64,000 bases of DNA from a virus: the IMG/VR virus record IMGVR_UViG_3300032288_005579. The stretch is one strand, 5' to 3'. The position numbers were made by a program, and so were the translations under genes. This document shows positions 46,164 to 56,688 of the stretch, one piece after another (position 1 is the first letter of the stretch; every line of letters begins with the position of its first letter). The notes under the pieces are model-generated. The model ran no database searches and was not told the origin of the DNA. It saw nothing but the letters and a program-made list of their open reading frames with translations.

Positions 46164-47125
46164 AAACCGCTCTTATAACAGGAATAAACGGTCAGGACGG
46201 ATCATATCTAGCTGAACATCTATTGGATTTGGGGTACGAAGTTCATGGTATACTCAAAAGAAATTCTGTAGCTGAGAATCAAACCGCAAGATTGGATTCT
46301 ATTTACGATAGACTTAAACTCCAATACGCAGATCTAACTGACATATCTTCCCTTTATCGAGTAATCAATAAGGTTAAACCTCACGAAATATATAATCTAG
46401 CAGCCCAATCTCACGTGAGGATATCATTCGATCAACCCCTATATACGGCACATTCTACAGGATTGGGAGCTTTGAATCTTTTAGAGGCCGTAAAAGAGGC
46501 AGACACAAACATAAAAGTTTATCAAGCCTCTTCGTCAGAGATGTTTGGAAATAGCATAGATCCTGACGGATACCAAAGAGAAACCACTGCCATGAACCCA
46601 GTGTCTCCTTACGGTTGCGCTAAGGTATTCGCTTACAACATATCTAGAAACTACAGGAACTCTTACGGTATGTTTGTGTCTAACGGCATACTGTTCAATC
46701 ACGAGTCTCCAAGAAGGGGAACTAACTTCGTTACAAACAAGATCTGCAAAGAGGCAGTAAAAATAAAATTACGCATTTCGGATAAACTTTCATTGGGTAA
46801 TCTAGACGCATCCAGAGACTGGGGTCACGCCAAGGATTATGTCAAAGCAATGCATTTGATCCTGCAATTGGATAAACCAGACGATTTTGTATGCGCAACA
46901 GGACAGTCCCACACAGTTAGAGATTTGTGCGAATTTGCCTTCTCTGAATTGGGATTGGACTATAGAAACTACGTTGTGCAGGAAGAGAAGTACCTTAGAC
47001 CAGAAGAATTGAATTTCTTAAAGGGGGATTCCTCAAAATTAAAAGCTGCAACCGGTTGGACACTCGAGTATTCTTTTGAACAAATGATACGAGAAATGTT
47101 AAATTATTGGCTACGTAAAGTATGA
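46160..47125 (+). CDS. gmd: GDP-mannose 4,6-dehydratase
   Basis: ALITGINGQDGSYLAE, NLAAQSHV, QASSSEMFG, SPYGCAK, NHESPRRG, RDWGHAKDY. Confidence 0.95.
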   Translation: MKTALITGINGQDGSYLAEHLLDLGYEVHGILKRNSVAENQTARLDSIYDRLKLQYADLTDISSLYRVINKVKPHEIYNLAAQSHVRISFDQPLYTAHSTGLGALNLLEAVKEADTNIKVYQASSSEMFGNSIDPDGYQRETTAMNPVSPYGCAKVFAYNISRNYRNSYGMFVSNGILFNHESPRRGTNFVTNKICKEAVKIKLRISDKLSLGNLDASRDWGHAKDYVKAMHLILQLDKPDDFVCATGQSHTVRDLCEFAFSELGLDYRNYVVQEEKYLRPEELNFLKGDSSKLKAATGWTLEYSFEQMIREMLNYWLRKV

Positions 47126-48030
47126 ATAAAGTTGTTATTACAGGAGGAAACGGATTAGTCGGAAAGTACCTTCAGCGTCATATGGATGGTGTGTTCTTGG
47201 GCTCAAAAGACTTTGATCTCACTATTGAGAGCGAAGTATCTAAAATGTATCAAGTGCACCGACCTGATGTTGTTATACATCTAGCAGCTAGAGTCGGTGG
47301 TATAATGGATAACATAAATAAACCATTTCCATACTATGAAGATAACGTGTTAATGAACAGTTATGTAATGAAGTACGCGAGATTGAACGATGTAAAAAAG
47401 TTCATCGGCGTGTTATCCACTTGCGCTTATCCAGATATAGCACCATCTACTTATCCTATGGTAGAAGAGGATTTGCATCACGGAATACCTAACGAAAATA
47501 ATTACGGATACGGATATTCAAAGAGAATGTTGGCGGTTCATATAGACATCGCTAGAAAACAGGGTTTGAATTATTCATACATATTGCCCTCAAATTTATA
47601 TGGAGAATTTGAACACGGAGATTCTAATAGGCGTCACTTTGTTGGTGCGCTTTTAGAAAAAATACGAGAAGCAAAGAAGAACAACCATAATAAGATCACG
47701 TTGTTCGGAGATGGATCTCCATTAAGGCAGTTTACTTTTGCAGAAGATGTTGCTAAAATACTGAAACTAATAGTAGAAAAGGACGTCAAAGAAAATATAA
47801 ATGTGAGCACGGAAGAGAACATGACGATAGATGAAATGGCGAGAAAAGCTTTGATAGCGACAGATTCTAGGAACTTAAGTATAGAATACGATACAACTAA
47901 ACCAAATGGACAGTATAGAAAAGATGTTTCCATAAAAAAGTTGAAACGCATTTTTCCAGAGTACGAATTTACTTCGTATATTGATGGTATTAGAAAAACA
48001 TACAAAGCAATAAATAAAAATCATGAATGA
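47122..48030 (+). CDS. fcl: GDP-L-fucose synthase
   Basis: HLAARVGGI, STCAYP, YGYSKR, PSNLYG, GDGSPLRQF, KPNGQYRK. Confidence 0.88.
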   Translation: MNKVVITGGNGLVGKYLQRHMDGVFLGSKDFDLTIESEVSKMYQVHRPDVVIHLAARVGGIMDNINKPFPYYEDNVLMNSYVMKYARLNDVKKFIGVLSTCAYPDIAPSTYPMVEEDLHHGIPNENNYGYGYSKRMLAVHIDIARKQGLNYSYILPSNLYGEFEHGDSNRRHFVGALLEKIREAKKNNHNKITLFGDGSPLRQFTFAEDVAKILKLIVEKDVKENINVSTEENMTIDEMARKALIATDSRNLSIEYDTTKPNGQYRKDVSIKKLKRIFPEYEFTSYIDGIRKTYKAINKNHE

Positions 48031-49372
48031 CAAAAAACAACAAATTCTCGATCTAATAAGCGAGTACGTAAAGGAAAAGAAAACCAATAAAACATGGAAA
48101 CCTGGAGAGGATTGGGTACAGTATTCGGGTCCCTACTTTGACGATAAGGAATTCACCAATGCAGTAGACGCTCTTTTGAAAGAGTGGTTTATATTAGGAG
48201 AAAAAGGTCGTGAATTTGAAAAACGCTTTGCTCCCCATTTGGGCAAGAAAGATGGCGTACTAGTTAACTCAGGTAGCTCCGCGAACTTGTTGATGGTGTC
48301 TGTATTGAAGACAAAGCGAGGAGGAAAATTACCGGTAGGATCCAAGTTCATAACTCCTGTGGTTTGTTTCCCCACAACAATCAACCCTCTAATCCAAAAC
48401 GGTTATAAACCCGTGTTTGTGGATGTTACTCTTCCAAACCTCAATCTAAATTTAGATAAGGTAGAAGACATTTTGGAGAAGGACACGAACAGAGAAATCA
48501 AGGGCATTATATTTGCCCACGTATTGGGAAATCCTCCTGATATGGATAGACTTATTTCCATAATCAAAAAGTACGAGCTCATCTACTTAGAAGACTGCTG
48601 CGATGCGCTAGGTTCTACATGGGAAGGTAAACCTCTAGGTTCATTCGGAGACATAGCTACATGCTCGTTCTTCCCAGCCCACCACATGACCATGGGAGAG
48701 GGAGGATTCGTAGCCATAAACAGTGCAAAAATGAGAATGGCATTGGCTTCTTTACGAGATTGGGGTCGTGCGTGCTATTGTAACACCGTGAAACCTGGAA
48801 ATGTAATGGATGGTACAGGTTGTGGATGTAGATTCAACACGTGGTTTAAGGGACATGACGATATCGTTTTCGATCACAGATACGTGTTCGACGAAATTGG
48901 ATACAATGTAAAGCCCACTGAAATGCAAGCGGCTATGGGATTGGCACAATTGGATAAACTGGAATTGATGCACAGCAGAAGAAAACATAACTTCAACAGA
49001 CTCAAATCCATATTTAGTAAGTATGAAAACTACTTCTATATCCCGTATGCATCAGATAAGGCCGACGTATCTTGGTTTGGATACTTAGTAACTTTAAAGG
49101 ATAATGTACCCTTCAAAAAATCCGATCTTGTGGATTTTATGGAAGCTGCTAAAATACAAACCAGATCTTATTTTACGGGTAATGCACTACTGCATCCCGC
49201 TTACGAAGAGCAAGCTAAAGAGTACGAAGATCCGAGAAATCAATTTCCAGTTGCTACTAAAACTACCATCGATACCTTCTTTTTAGGTGTTTATCCAGGA
49301 ATAACTGATGAACAGCTGGATTACATAGAAAATACATTGGATAATTTCATGAAGGATCACAATAAAAAGTAA
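48023..49372 (+). CDS. rfbH: CDP-4-keto-6-deoxyglucose 3-dehydrase E1 (PMP, Fe-S)
   Basis: VNSGSSANL, EDCCDALG, FFPAHHMTMGEGG (His instead of Lys), WGRACYC...CGCRF Fe-S motif, SWFG. Confidence 0.9.
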   Translation: MNDKKQQILDLISEYVKEKKTNKTWKPGEDWVQYSGPYFDDKEFTNAVDALLKEWFILGEKGREFEKRFAPHLGKKDGVLVNSGSSANLLMVSVLKTKRGGKLPVGSKFITPVVCFPTTINPLIQNGYKPVFVDVTLPNLNLNLDKVEDILEKDTNREIKGIIFAHVLGNPPDMDRLISIIKKYELIYLEDCCDALGSTWEGKPLGSFGDIATCSFFPAHHMTMGEGGFVAINSAKMRMALASLRDWGRACYCNTVKPGNVMDGTGCGCRFNTWFKGHDDIVFDHRYVFDEIGYNVKPTEMQAAMGLAQLDKLELMHSRRKHNFNRLKSIFSKYENYFYIPYASDKADVSWFGYLVTLKDNVPFKKSDLVDFMEAAKIQTRSYFTGNALLHPAYEEQAKEYEDPRNQFPVATKTTIDTFFLGVYPGITDEQLDYIENTLDNFMKDHNKK

Positions 49373-49378
49373 AATAGT

Positions 49379-50371
49379 GTGGGATACATATCATTTCCTC
49401 GAATAGGTTACTCAGGTAATTTAGGATCCCAGTTATCCCAATACTCTGCTCTTTATGCTGTGGCCAAGAATAATGGTTTAGATGTGGTATTTCCTGAGTC
49501 TAGCGTATACGATGGATGGGGACATAAGTTTGCTGCCGTATTCAATATGGAAACAAATTATATATCTGACAAGTGTTTCTCTAGTCTATCTCTTCCTTAT
49601 TTAGGATTGGCCGAGTACAATAGACGGGCGAACGGTATACCTCAGTCACAAAACTTTTCTGAATCCGTTACCCTTAATTGGGAATTGTTGCCTGTCAATA
49701 GTAGACATGTGACTAAAGATAGATTATTGAACTTAGATAAAAATAAAAACTACTGGGTGGATGAGTTATTCCACATGTTTGAGGATTACCATCCCAATTA
49801 CAGAGAGGAAATTCTATCTTGGAGATGGAATAAGGACAAGTACGCGGCTGCGAAAAAAGATTACGATAAGATAAAAGTAGAAGGAAAAGAGTTGGTTTCT
49901 ATCCATGTTAGAAGAGGCGATTATTTATCTCATGATCACTTCTGTAAATTGGATCAAGATTATTATAATGAAGCGCTATCGTATTTTACTGAAGACATGG
50001 ACAAATACCACTTTGTCGTATTCTCTAATGATATACCGTGGTGCAAAGAGAACCTTATAGAGGGCAACAAAGTTACTTTCGTAGATCCGCCCGGACAGGA
50101 TATAGTTCAAATAAAGAGATCAGATTACCCCATAGAAATGTCTGATGACGCTAGTGATCTTATCCTCATGAGTATGTGTGATCACAACATAATAGCTAAT
50201 AGTAGTTTTAGTTGGTGGGCTGCGTATACAAACTCCAATCCCAATAAAAAAGTAATCTATCCGCAAAATTACGTCAAATGGAATAGTCCAGTCGCCATAG
50301 ATTTAAATGACGGTAAATATGCTGTACAAGATTTGGGTTGGATACCTGTAAAAAACACTGATAAAGTATGA
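49379..50371 (+). CDS. alpha-1,2-fucosyltransferase-like (GT11)
   Basis: GNLGSQL, SIHVRRGDY, VFSNDI.WCK, IIANSSFSWWAAY. Confidence 0.88.
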   Translation: MGYISFPRIGYSGNLGSQLSQYSALYAVAKNNGLDVVFPESSVYDGWGHKFAAVFNMETNYISDKCFSSLSLPYLGLAEYNRRANGIPQSQNFSESVTLNWELLPVNSRHVTKDRLLNLDKNKNYWVDELFHMFEDYHPNYREEILSWRWNKDKYAAAKKDYDKIKVEGKELVSIHVRRGDYLSHDHFCKLDQDYYNEALSYFTEDMDKYHFVVFSNDIPWCKENLIEGNKVTFVDPPGQDIVQIKRSDYPIEMSDDASDLILMSMCDHNIIANSSFSWWAAYTNSNPNKKVIYPQNYVKWNSPVAIDLNDGKYAVQDLGWIPVKNTDKV

Positions 50372-51351
50372 GAATAGCGTTTCTAACTGAGATGAATTTT
50401 AAGGGAAAGGTTCCCGATACTCATACTAATATGAGAACAGAGTTTGCTTGGATGCATGCTCTAGACGCTGATCACTATCACATAAGATCTTACGAAGGCG
50501 TTGTAAACTACGATCACGTATTCATCATATTCCCAAAAGGAATGGTCTATTTGAATGCTATTGCAGTTAAAATGTCAGAAGACAGGAATCCAGTGTCCGA
50601 TTTATTAGATTCAAACCTCATAAATTCTTTAAAGTCTAACAACGGCAAAGTCCATTTCGTTCAAGAGGGTCCTCACTGGTTGTGGAACGATTACGAAATG
50701 ATTGATCAAATAAATTTCTACAATCTTCTTGTACAGTGCGATTCTATCTTCTGTCACAACGAGTACGATAGAGCTTACTACTTAGGATTTTTTCCTGAAA
50801 AGGAGGTTAATGTTATTCCGTCTCTGATGATAGAGACCCTATTGAAACCTATAGTTCCTAAAGCTGATAATAAGACCATAATTGGAGGAAATTTTGCAAG
50901 ATGGTATGGAGGGTTCGAATCGTACACAATAGCCAGTATTTTTGAAATTCCTATATGGGTTCAAGATTCTCATGCCAAAAGATACCAAGAACCGATGATG
51001 GAAAATTTATTCCACTTGAATAGGGTGGTTTGGATAGATTGGATGAGAACTCTTTCTTCGTTTAAATACGCAGTGCATCTTATGCCAACAGTCGCAGCTG
51101 GAACTTTCTCTTTGAACTGTGCCTACTTTGGAATTCCATGCATAGGTAACGAAAAGGTGGATACCCAAAGATTGTGCCACCCTGAATTATCGGTAGATGT
51201 CGCTGATTTGAATAAAGCGAGAACTTTGGCCAAACAACTCAAAGACGATATACATTTTTACGAAGAGTGTTCAAAGAGGTCGAAAGAGAATTACGAACGT
51301 TACTATTCTGTAAAAATATGGAATGAGACACTAACTAAAGCTTTGCAATGA
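50368..51351 (+). CDS. Putative GT-B glycosyltransferase
   Basis: C-terminal LMPTVAAGTFSLNCAYFGIPCIG resembles a degenerate GT-B motif; operon context. Confidence 0.55.
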   Translation: MRIAFLTEMNFKGKVPDTHTNMRTEFAWMHALDADHYHIRSYEGVVNYDHVFIIFPKGMVYLNAIAVKMSEDRNPVSDLLDSNLINSLKSNNGKVHFVQEGPHWLWNDYEMIDQINFYNLLVQCDSIFCHNEYDRAYYLGFFPEKEVNVIPSLMIETLLKPIVPKADNKTIIGGNFARWYGGFESYTIASIFEIPIWVQDSHAKRYQEPMMENLFHLNRVVWIDWMRTLSSFKYAVHLMPTVAAGTFSLNCAYFGIPCIGNEKVDTQRLCHPELSVDVADLNKARTLAKQLKDDIHFYEECSKRSKENYERYYSVKIWNETLTKALQ

Positions 51352-53069
51352 AGAACAACAAATTCATAATAATGGTCGCGTCTTATAACAATGAAGATTG
51401 GGTCGAATACAACATAGTCAGCATACTAAACCAAACATATGATAACTATCACGTGTATTACGTGGACGATTGCTCTACCGACAAAACTAATCAGATCGTT
51501 ACAGATCTAACTAAAGGAAATGATAAATTCACCATCATCAGAAACGATAAGAATTTAGGAGCAGATGGCGGTGCGATATACAACCACATCAGGATGTTCG
51601 ATTCACTAGAAGACGATGAGATTTGCGTGCAAATGTCAGGTGACGATTGGTTATTCGATGAAAACGTGTTGGAGAAATTGAACAACTTCTATAACGAAAA
51701 GGATGTATGGATGACATACGGCCAGTTTTATGTCTATAACGGAAGTTGGCAATTAGAAAAAGCAAATCCACAGAATACGCGCTACGATGATTTTATTCAT
51801 AGGCATAAACTGTATAGAAAAGATCTTTGGAGAGCGGGACATCTATTAACTACACGGGGATTTTTGGCTAAGAAGATAGATGTGAGGGACATTCAAACTT
51901 TGGAAGATGGAAAGTGGTACTATCATGCGCCTGATCTTGCTTTGACCTATCCATTCTTGGAGATGTGTCCTAAAGACAAGATAGGCGTAGTAGATTTTCC
52001 AACCTATGTGTGGAACGGCAGCGAGAAATGTCACGAAAGAACAGTCAAAAGACAAACAGCAGAAAATCATAAATACGAAGTAGAGATACGCAATAGAAAA
52101 CACTACAAAGAGGGTCTATCCGGGGAAAAACTCCCTCAGATAAACGTGTATTACGATTACATGGAATTGACCAACATCCCAAAAGAGTTCACTTACTGCT
52201 ATAAAGTAGAAGAACTTGGAGAGTACGATATGGTGTTGATCATGGATTGGGAGATTCCAAATTGGATAGACGGAAAGATAAAAGTAAAAGAGGGCGTACC
52301 GATAGTAGCAAGATTGGCGGAACACAGCAGTTATTGGAAGTACGAGATATACGAAAAGGTATTAAATAACTACGATAAGTTTGATGTCATATTCACCCAC
52401 GACAAACGATTACTAGAACAACTGCCTAATGCGAGATTCATGCCAGCCGCAGATTGCATAGTGTTCAATAGGATCCCAAACCCAGTCAAAGGATACGAGC
52501 CCTTTAAGTGCGATCCTAAAAATGAGAACTACGAACTTCCCGATGACGTGTTCCAAATATACCAAAAATCAAAGCTCGTATCTGTTATGGCATCAGATAA
52601 AGCGTGGTTGCCTGGACACGTACAGAGATTGAAGTTTCTAGATAAGGTCAAGCACCGTGTTGACGTTTACGGAACCTGTCAAAAGGTTCTATTTGGTAAA
52701 GAGACTAGAAGGGAAACCAAGTTCCTCAGCCTAAGAGACTACGCCTTCAGCATAGCTATAGAAAACCTCAGCCATGAAGTCGATGACTATTATTTCACAG
52801 AAAAGATCGTGGATTGCTTTACTACAGGAACAGTTCCCATTTATTACGGGTGTCCTAATATAGGAAAATTCTTTGATACCAAAGGCATATTGATATTTGA
52901 GAACGATCAACAGTTAAGTGACATCTTAGATAACTTGAGTATGGATCTGTACTATTCGATGATGGATTCTATAAAGCACAACTACGAAGTGAGTATGAAG
53001 ATGAACTTGACAAATGATTTGGCATACAAGCATTACTTTAAAGACGTAATAGACAATTATAAAAAATGA
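51348..53069 (+). CDS. GT2 domain fused to an alpha-1,3-fucosyltransferase-like (GT10) domain
   Basis: N: ASYNNE, VDDCSTD, SGDDWL. C: YAFSIAIEN...YFTEKIVDCF.TGTVPIYYG. Confidence 0.8.
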   Translation: MKNNKFIIMVASYNNEDWVEYNIVSILNQTYDNYHVYYVDDCSTDKTNQIVTDLTKGNDKFTIIRNDKNLGADGGAIYNHIRMFDSLEDDEICVQMSGDDWLFDENVLEKLNNFYNEKDVWMTYGQFYVYNGSWQLEKANPQNTRYDDFIHRHKLYRKDLWRAGHLLTTRGFLAKKIDVRDIQTLEDGKWYYHAPDLALTYPFLEMCPKDKIGVVDFPTYVWNGSEKCHERTVKRQTAENHKYEVEIRNRKHYKEGLSGEKLPQINVYYDYMELTNIPKEFTYCYKVEELGEYDMVLIMDWEIPNWIDGKIKVKEGVPIVARLAEHSSYWKYEIYEKVLNNYDKFDVIFTHDKRLLEQLPNARFMPAADCIVFNRIPNPVKGYEPFKCDPKNENYELPDDVFQIYQKSKLVSVMASDKAWLPGHVQRLKFLDKVKHRVDVYGTCQKVLFGKETRRETKFLSLRDYAFSIAIENLSHEVDDYYFTEKIVDCFTTGTVPIYYGCPNIGKFFDTKGILIFENDQQLSDILDNLSMDLYYSMMDSIKHNYEVSMKMNLTNDLAYKHYFKDVIDNYKK

Positions 53070-54112
53070 AAACAATTATTGTAACAGGATCTGGCGGCCT
53101 AATAGGCAGAGAGACAACAGAATTCTTTCTGAAGAAGGGATTCAGGGTCATAGGTATTGACAACAATATGAGACGATACTTTTTTGGAGAAGACGGATCA
53201 GTATCATCGAACATAGAGTCTATTTCAAAGATGTCTAACTATGTGCATAAAGCCATAGACATAAGAAATTACGAAGATTTGGAAAACCTGTTCTCTGAAT
53301 ATAATTCAGACATAGATTGCATAATACACGCAGCAGCTCAACCATCGCACGATTGGGCAGCTAAAGAGCCATTCACTGATTTTCATGTGAATGCAACTTC
53401 TACTATAAACTTGTTAGAACTGACTAGAAAGTATTGCGGCAATGCGACATTCATATTCATGTCAACCAATAAAGTCTACGGTGATAATCCTAATTACTTA
53501 TCCCTGTTAGAGACAGAGACACGATACGAACTTCCAGAAATTCACCCGTATTACGATGGTTTGAACGAATCATTCTCTATAGATAATACTAAGCACAGTC
53601 TTTTTGGCTGTTCTAAACTATCTGCTGATGTATATGTGCAAGAATACGGTCGTTATTTTGGTATAAAGACTACAATTTTTAGAGGCGGGTGTTTAACAGG
53701 ATCTAAACACAAAGGCGCAGAACTTCACGGATTCTTAAATTATCTAGTTAAGTGCAATCTAGAAGGTCGCACGTACAATCTATTCGGATACAAAGGAAAG
53801 CAAGTAAGGGATAATATCCACTCCTCGGATCTAGTGAACGCTTTTTGGCACGTATACAATAATCCCAAAGTCGGAGAGGTTTATAACATTGGAGGTTCTA
53901 GGCATTCAAACTGTTCTATATTAGAAGCGATTGAAAAGATAGAAGGCATGACTAGTAAAAAAATGTCTTTGAATTACGTTGATCAAAACAGATCAGGAGA
54001 TCATATATGGTGGATATCAGACATAAGTAAATTTAAGAAGGATTACCCCGAATGGCATTTGACATATACTATAGACGATATCATACAAGAGATAATCAAA
54101 AACATAGGCTGA
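53066..54112 (+). CDS. rfbE: CDP-paratose 2-epimerase (tyvelose epimerase)-like SDR
   Basis: GSGGLIG, AAQPSHD, STNKVYG, FGCSKLSAD, RGGCLTG, GKQVRD. Confidence 0.8.
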   Translation: MKTIIVTGSGGLIGRETTEFFLKKGFRVIGIDNNMRRYFFGEDGSVSSNIESISKMSNYVHKAIDIRNYEDLENLFSEYNSDIDCIIHAAAQPSHDWAAKEPFTDFHVNATSTINLLELTRKYCGNATFIFMSTNKVYGDNPNYLSLLETETRYELPEIHPYYDGLNESFSIDNTKHSLFGCSKLSADVYVQEYGRYFGIKTTIFRGGCLTGSKHKGAELHGFLNYLVKCNLEGRTYNLFGYKGKQVRDNIHSSDLVNAFWHVYNNPKVGEVYNIGGSRHSNCSILEAIEKIEGMTSKKMSLNYVDQNRSGDHIWWISDISKFKKDYPEWHLTYTIDDIIQEIIKNIG

Positions 54113-54113
54113 T

Positions 54114-54740
54114 ATGTACTATTCTCAATTTCAACAGGATCAATTTCTAAATGAAAATGTGTTTCAAAATTTCTCAAATGGATTTTTTGTTGACATAGGC
54201 GCATATGACGGAATTACGCAAGGCAGCAACTCTCTCTTCTTTGAAGAATTGGGTTGGAGTGGAGTATGCATAGAGCCCAATCCAACACTATTCAAGAGAC
54301 TGAAGGAGAATAGAAAATGCGCTTGTCTAAACTATGCTGTGTCAGATGTTGTGGGAGAAGAGGAATTTATGCTTATAAACGGGCCTAATACTTTAGGAGG
54401 TCTTACTAAAAATTACGACTCTTCGAATCTCAAAGCTTTTGAGAATGATTTGAAACATAATAATTACACTTACGAATACATAAAAGTAAAGACCGAAAAG
54501 TTCAATAACATAATAAATCAAAAAAGGATAGATTATCTTTCTATAGACGTGGAAGGAAACGAATTGAACATTCTGAAAACTATAGACTTTGATAGTTATG
54601 ATATTAGAGTTATGACTATAGAAAGCAATAATTTTGGTGATAGAATACTAGAATTCTTTTCTGATAAGCCGTATACACTAATTAATAGACTAGGATGCGA
54701 TGATGTTTACGTAAAGAACACTATAATACTCACTGTGTAA
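54114..54740 (+). CDS. FkbM-family methyltransferase
   Basis: FVDIGAYDG, CIEPNP, SIDVEGNE. Confidence 0.88.
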   Translation: MYYSQFQQDQFLNENVFQNFSNGFFVDIGAYDGITQGSNSLFFEELGWSGVCIEPNPTLFKRLKENRKCACLNYAVSDVVGEEEFMLINGPNTLGGLTKNYDSSNLKAFENDLKHNNYTYEYIKVKTEKFNNIINQKRIDYLSIDVEGNELNILKTIDFDSYDIRVMTIESNNFGDRILEFFSDKPYTLINRLGCDDVYVKNTIILTV

Positions 54741-54760
54741 CAATTAAATAAAAGAAAGAT

Positions 54761-55735
54761 ATGAAAAAAGTAGTATATGTAACAGGTTGTTTTGGTTTCA
54801 TAGGATCCTATGTTACTAGAGCGTGTTTAGAAAAAGGATGGTACGTTATAGGTGTAGATAAATGCACTTATGCCTCCAACGAAGAATTGGCTTGGGAGTG
54901 GGCATCAAAATACACTGACAACTTCATGTTTCTGAGAGAAGACATCAACGATTTAAAGTTCTTGTACGAATGTGACTACGTCATAAATACCGCAGCTGAA
55001 ACCCATGTTGGCAATTCTATTGTTAAGAGTGAAGAGTTTGTGAAATCAAACATACAAGGCGTTCACAACTTACTAGAGCTAATTAGGAATTATAGAGCCG
55101 AATCCAACCATGTTCCTACATTACTTCACTTTTCAACTGATGAAGTGTATGGAGATATAGATGAAGGTTCACACACAGAAAAAGATCTGTTAAAACCCTC
55201 CAATCCCTACTCAGCTACAAAAGCCGCAGCTGACATGTTGATATTGGCTTGGGCAAGAACGTATGAATTACCCTACGTGATAGTTAGGCCCACAAATAAC
55301 TACGGTGCTGGACAGTACGTGGAGAAGTTAATACCAAAAACTTGTAAACATTTGGGTTTAGAAAGAAGAATACCTCTTCACAATGGAGGAAAACCTGTCA
55401 GAACTTGGTTGAATGTTAAAGACACTGCTAGCGCAATAATAAAAATAATAGAGAGCAAAGCAGTTAACCAGATATACAACATATCTGGAGGATTTGAACA
55501 AACCAATCTGGAAACAGTTAGACAGGTAATAAAAGCATATAACGGGGACGATCTAAAATCCAGTACGTCTAATGTAGAAAAGTATTTAGACCTATCTTAT
55601 AAGAGACCCGGTATGGATGTTAGATATTCCTTGGATGACTCTAAAATCAGATCACTAGGTTGGGAACCCAAAGCCATTTTCGAGGAAGAACTTAAAGAGA
55701 TCGTCGCTTATTATAAGGGTAAATTCATATGGTAA
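54761..55735 (+). CDS. rfbB: dTDP-glucose 4,6-dehydratase-like
   Basis: AAETHV..S, HFSTDEVYG, PSNPYSATKAA, TNNYG..QYVEKLIP, RPG.DVRYSLD. Confidence 0.88.
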   Translation: MKKVVYVTGCFGFIGSYVTRACLEKGWYVIGVDKCTYASNEELAWEWASKYTDNFMFLREDINDLKFLYECDYVINTAAETHVGNSIVKSEEFVKSNIQGVHNLLELIRNYRAESNHVPTLLHFSTDEVYGDIDEGSHTEKDLLKPSNPYSATKAAADMLILAWARTYELPYVIVRPTNNYGAGQYVEKLIPKTCKHLGLERRIPLHNGGKPVRTWLNVKDTASAIIKIIESKAVNQIYNISGGFEQTNLETVRQVIKAYNGDDLKSSTSNVEKYLDLSYKRPGMDVRYSLDDSKIRSLGWEPKAIFEEELKEIVAYYKGKFIW

Positions 55736-56688
55736 AACCCAAATTAGTCATATCGAACATGTATAGAGCGAAGAACAAATACGCCTTCTTCGCCATGCAC
55801 CAAGCCATAACGAAACTACCAGAGTTGGATATTGAATTCCACATTTTGTGGGATGATTACGCGTATGAAGATTCTTGGACCAAAAAGATAAATGAACTTG
55901 GATGTAAGATAGTTCCTTATACTAAAAAACAATTAGACGAATACTGTATAGGTCTTGGAGTGCCTCAATCTAAAATAGATCAATTCAAGAATTTTGGAGC
56001 CATCTATTTCATAATACATGCCCACTATTTGTACAGCCATAAAATCACAGATTACTATTTGATCTATGACGATGACATATACTTCAAAGACGATTTGCAA
56101 GAACTGAAGCACTGCCTAATCAATAAAATACCCTGCTTAATCGCAGAACCCATGAACAGTTATTGCGACAAAGTAATGGCGAACACGCTTTTTGATTTGT
56201 ATCCGGGAGCCAAAGATTATTATATTGCAATAAATCCCCAGATTCTGGGATTCAATGCTGGTTTTCAAGGAATAAGCTTAGATATGTACGAAGACTTCCT
56301 TGATCCTCAGTATTTTAATTACTTACTGGGAATTTTTAACTATAACGGCATATACGACGAAAATGGAAAAGAGATAACGGGTCCGAAAAGAACAATGATA
56401 GATACTCAGCAACAGTCTTTTTTCGGGATTATGAATATCATAAGGTCTAAAACCACTCCCCACATATTGAATCCCAGTGAATACTTTGTGTGTCCTAATT
56501 GGGGCACTCATCCAATTTATGGACAATTGGATCCCACAAATGAATACGAGGGCTGGGATATAAATATGAAATCAAAGGTGGTTCACTTCATAGGGCACAC
56601 CAAATTTAACGGAGTGTATTACGGTAAACCGAAAGTCTTTTATAAATTAGTTGACGAATACTTAAACGCCCATGGAATATACGAATAA
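55729..56688 (+). CDS. Putative GT-A (GT8-like) glycosyltransferase
   Basis: YDDDI, FNAGF, QQS, HFIG motifs. Confidence 0.55.
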   Translation: MVKPKLVISNMYRAKNKYAFFAMHQAITKLPELDIEFHILWDDYAYEDSWTKKINELGCKIVPYTKKQLDEYCIGLGVPQSKIDQFKNFGAIYFIIHAHYLYSHKITDYYLIYDDDIYFKDDLQELKHCLINKIPCLIAEPMNSYCDKVMANTLFDLYPGAKDYYIAINPQILGFNAGFQGISLDMYEDFLDPQYFNYLLGIFNYNGIYDENGKEITGPKRTMIDTQQQSFFGIMNIIRSKTTPHILNPSEYFVCPNWGTHPIYGQLDPTNEYEGWDINMKSKVVHFIGHTKFNGVYYGKPKVFYKLVDEYLNAHGIYE

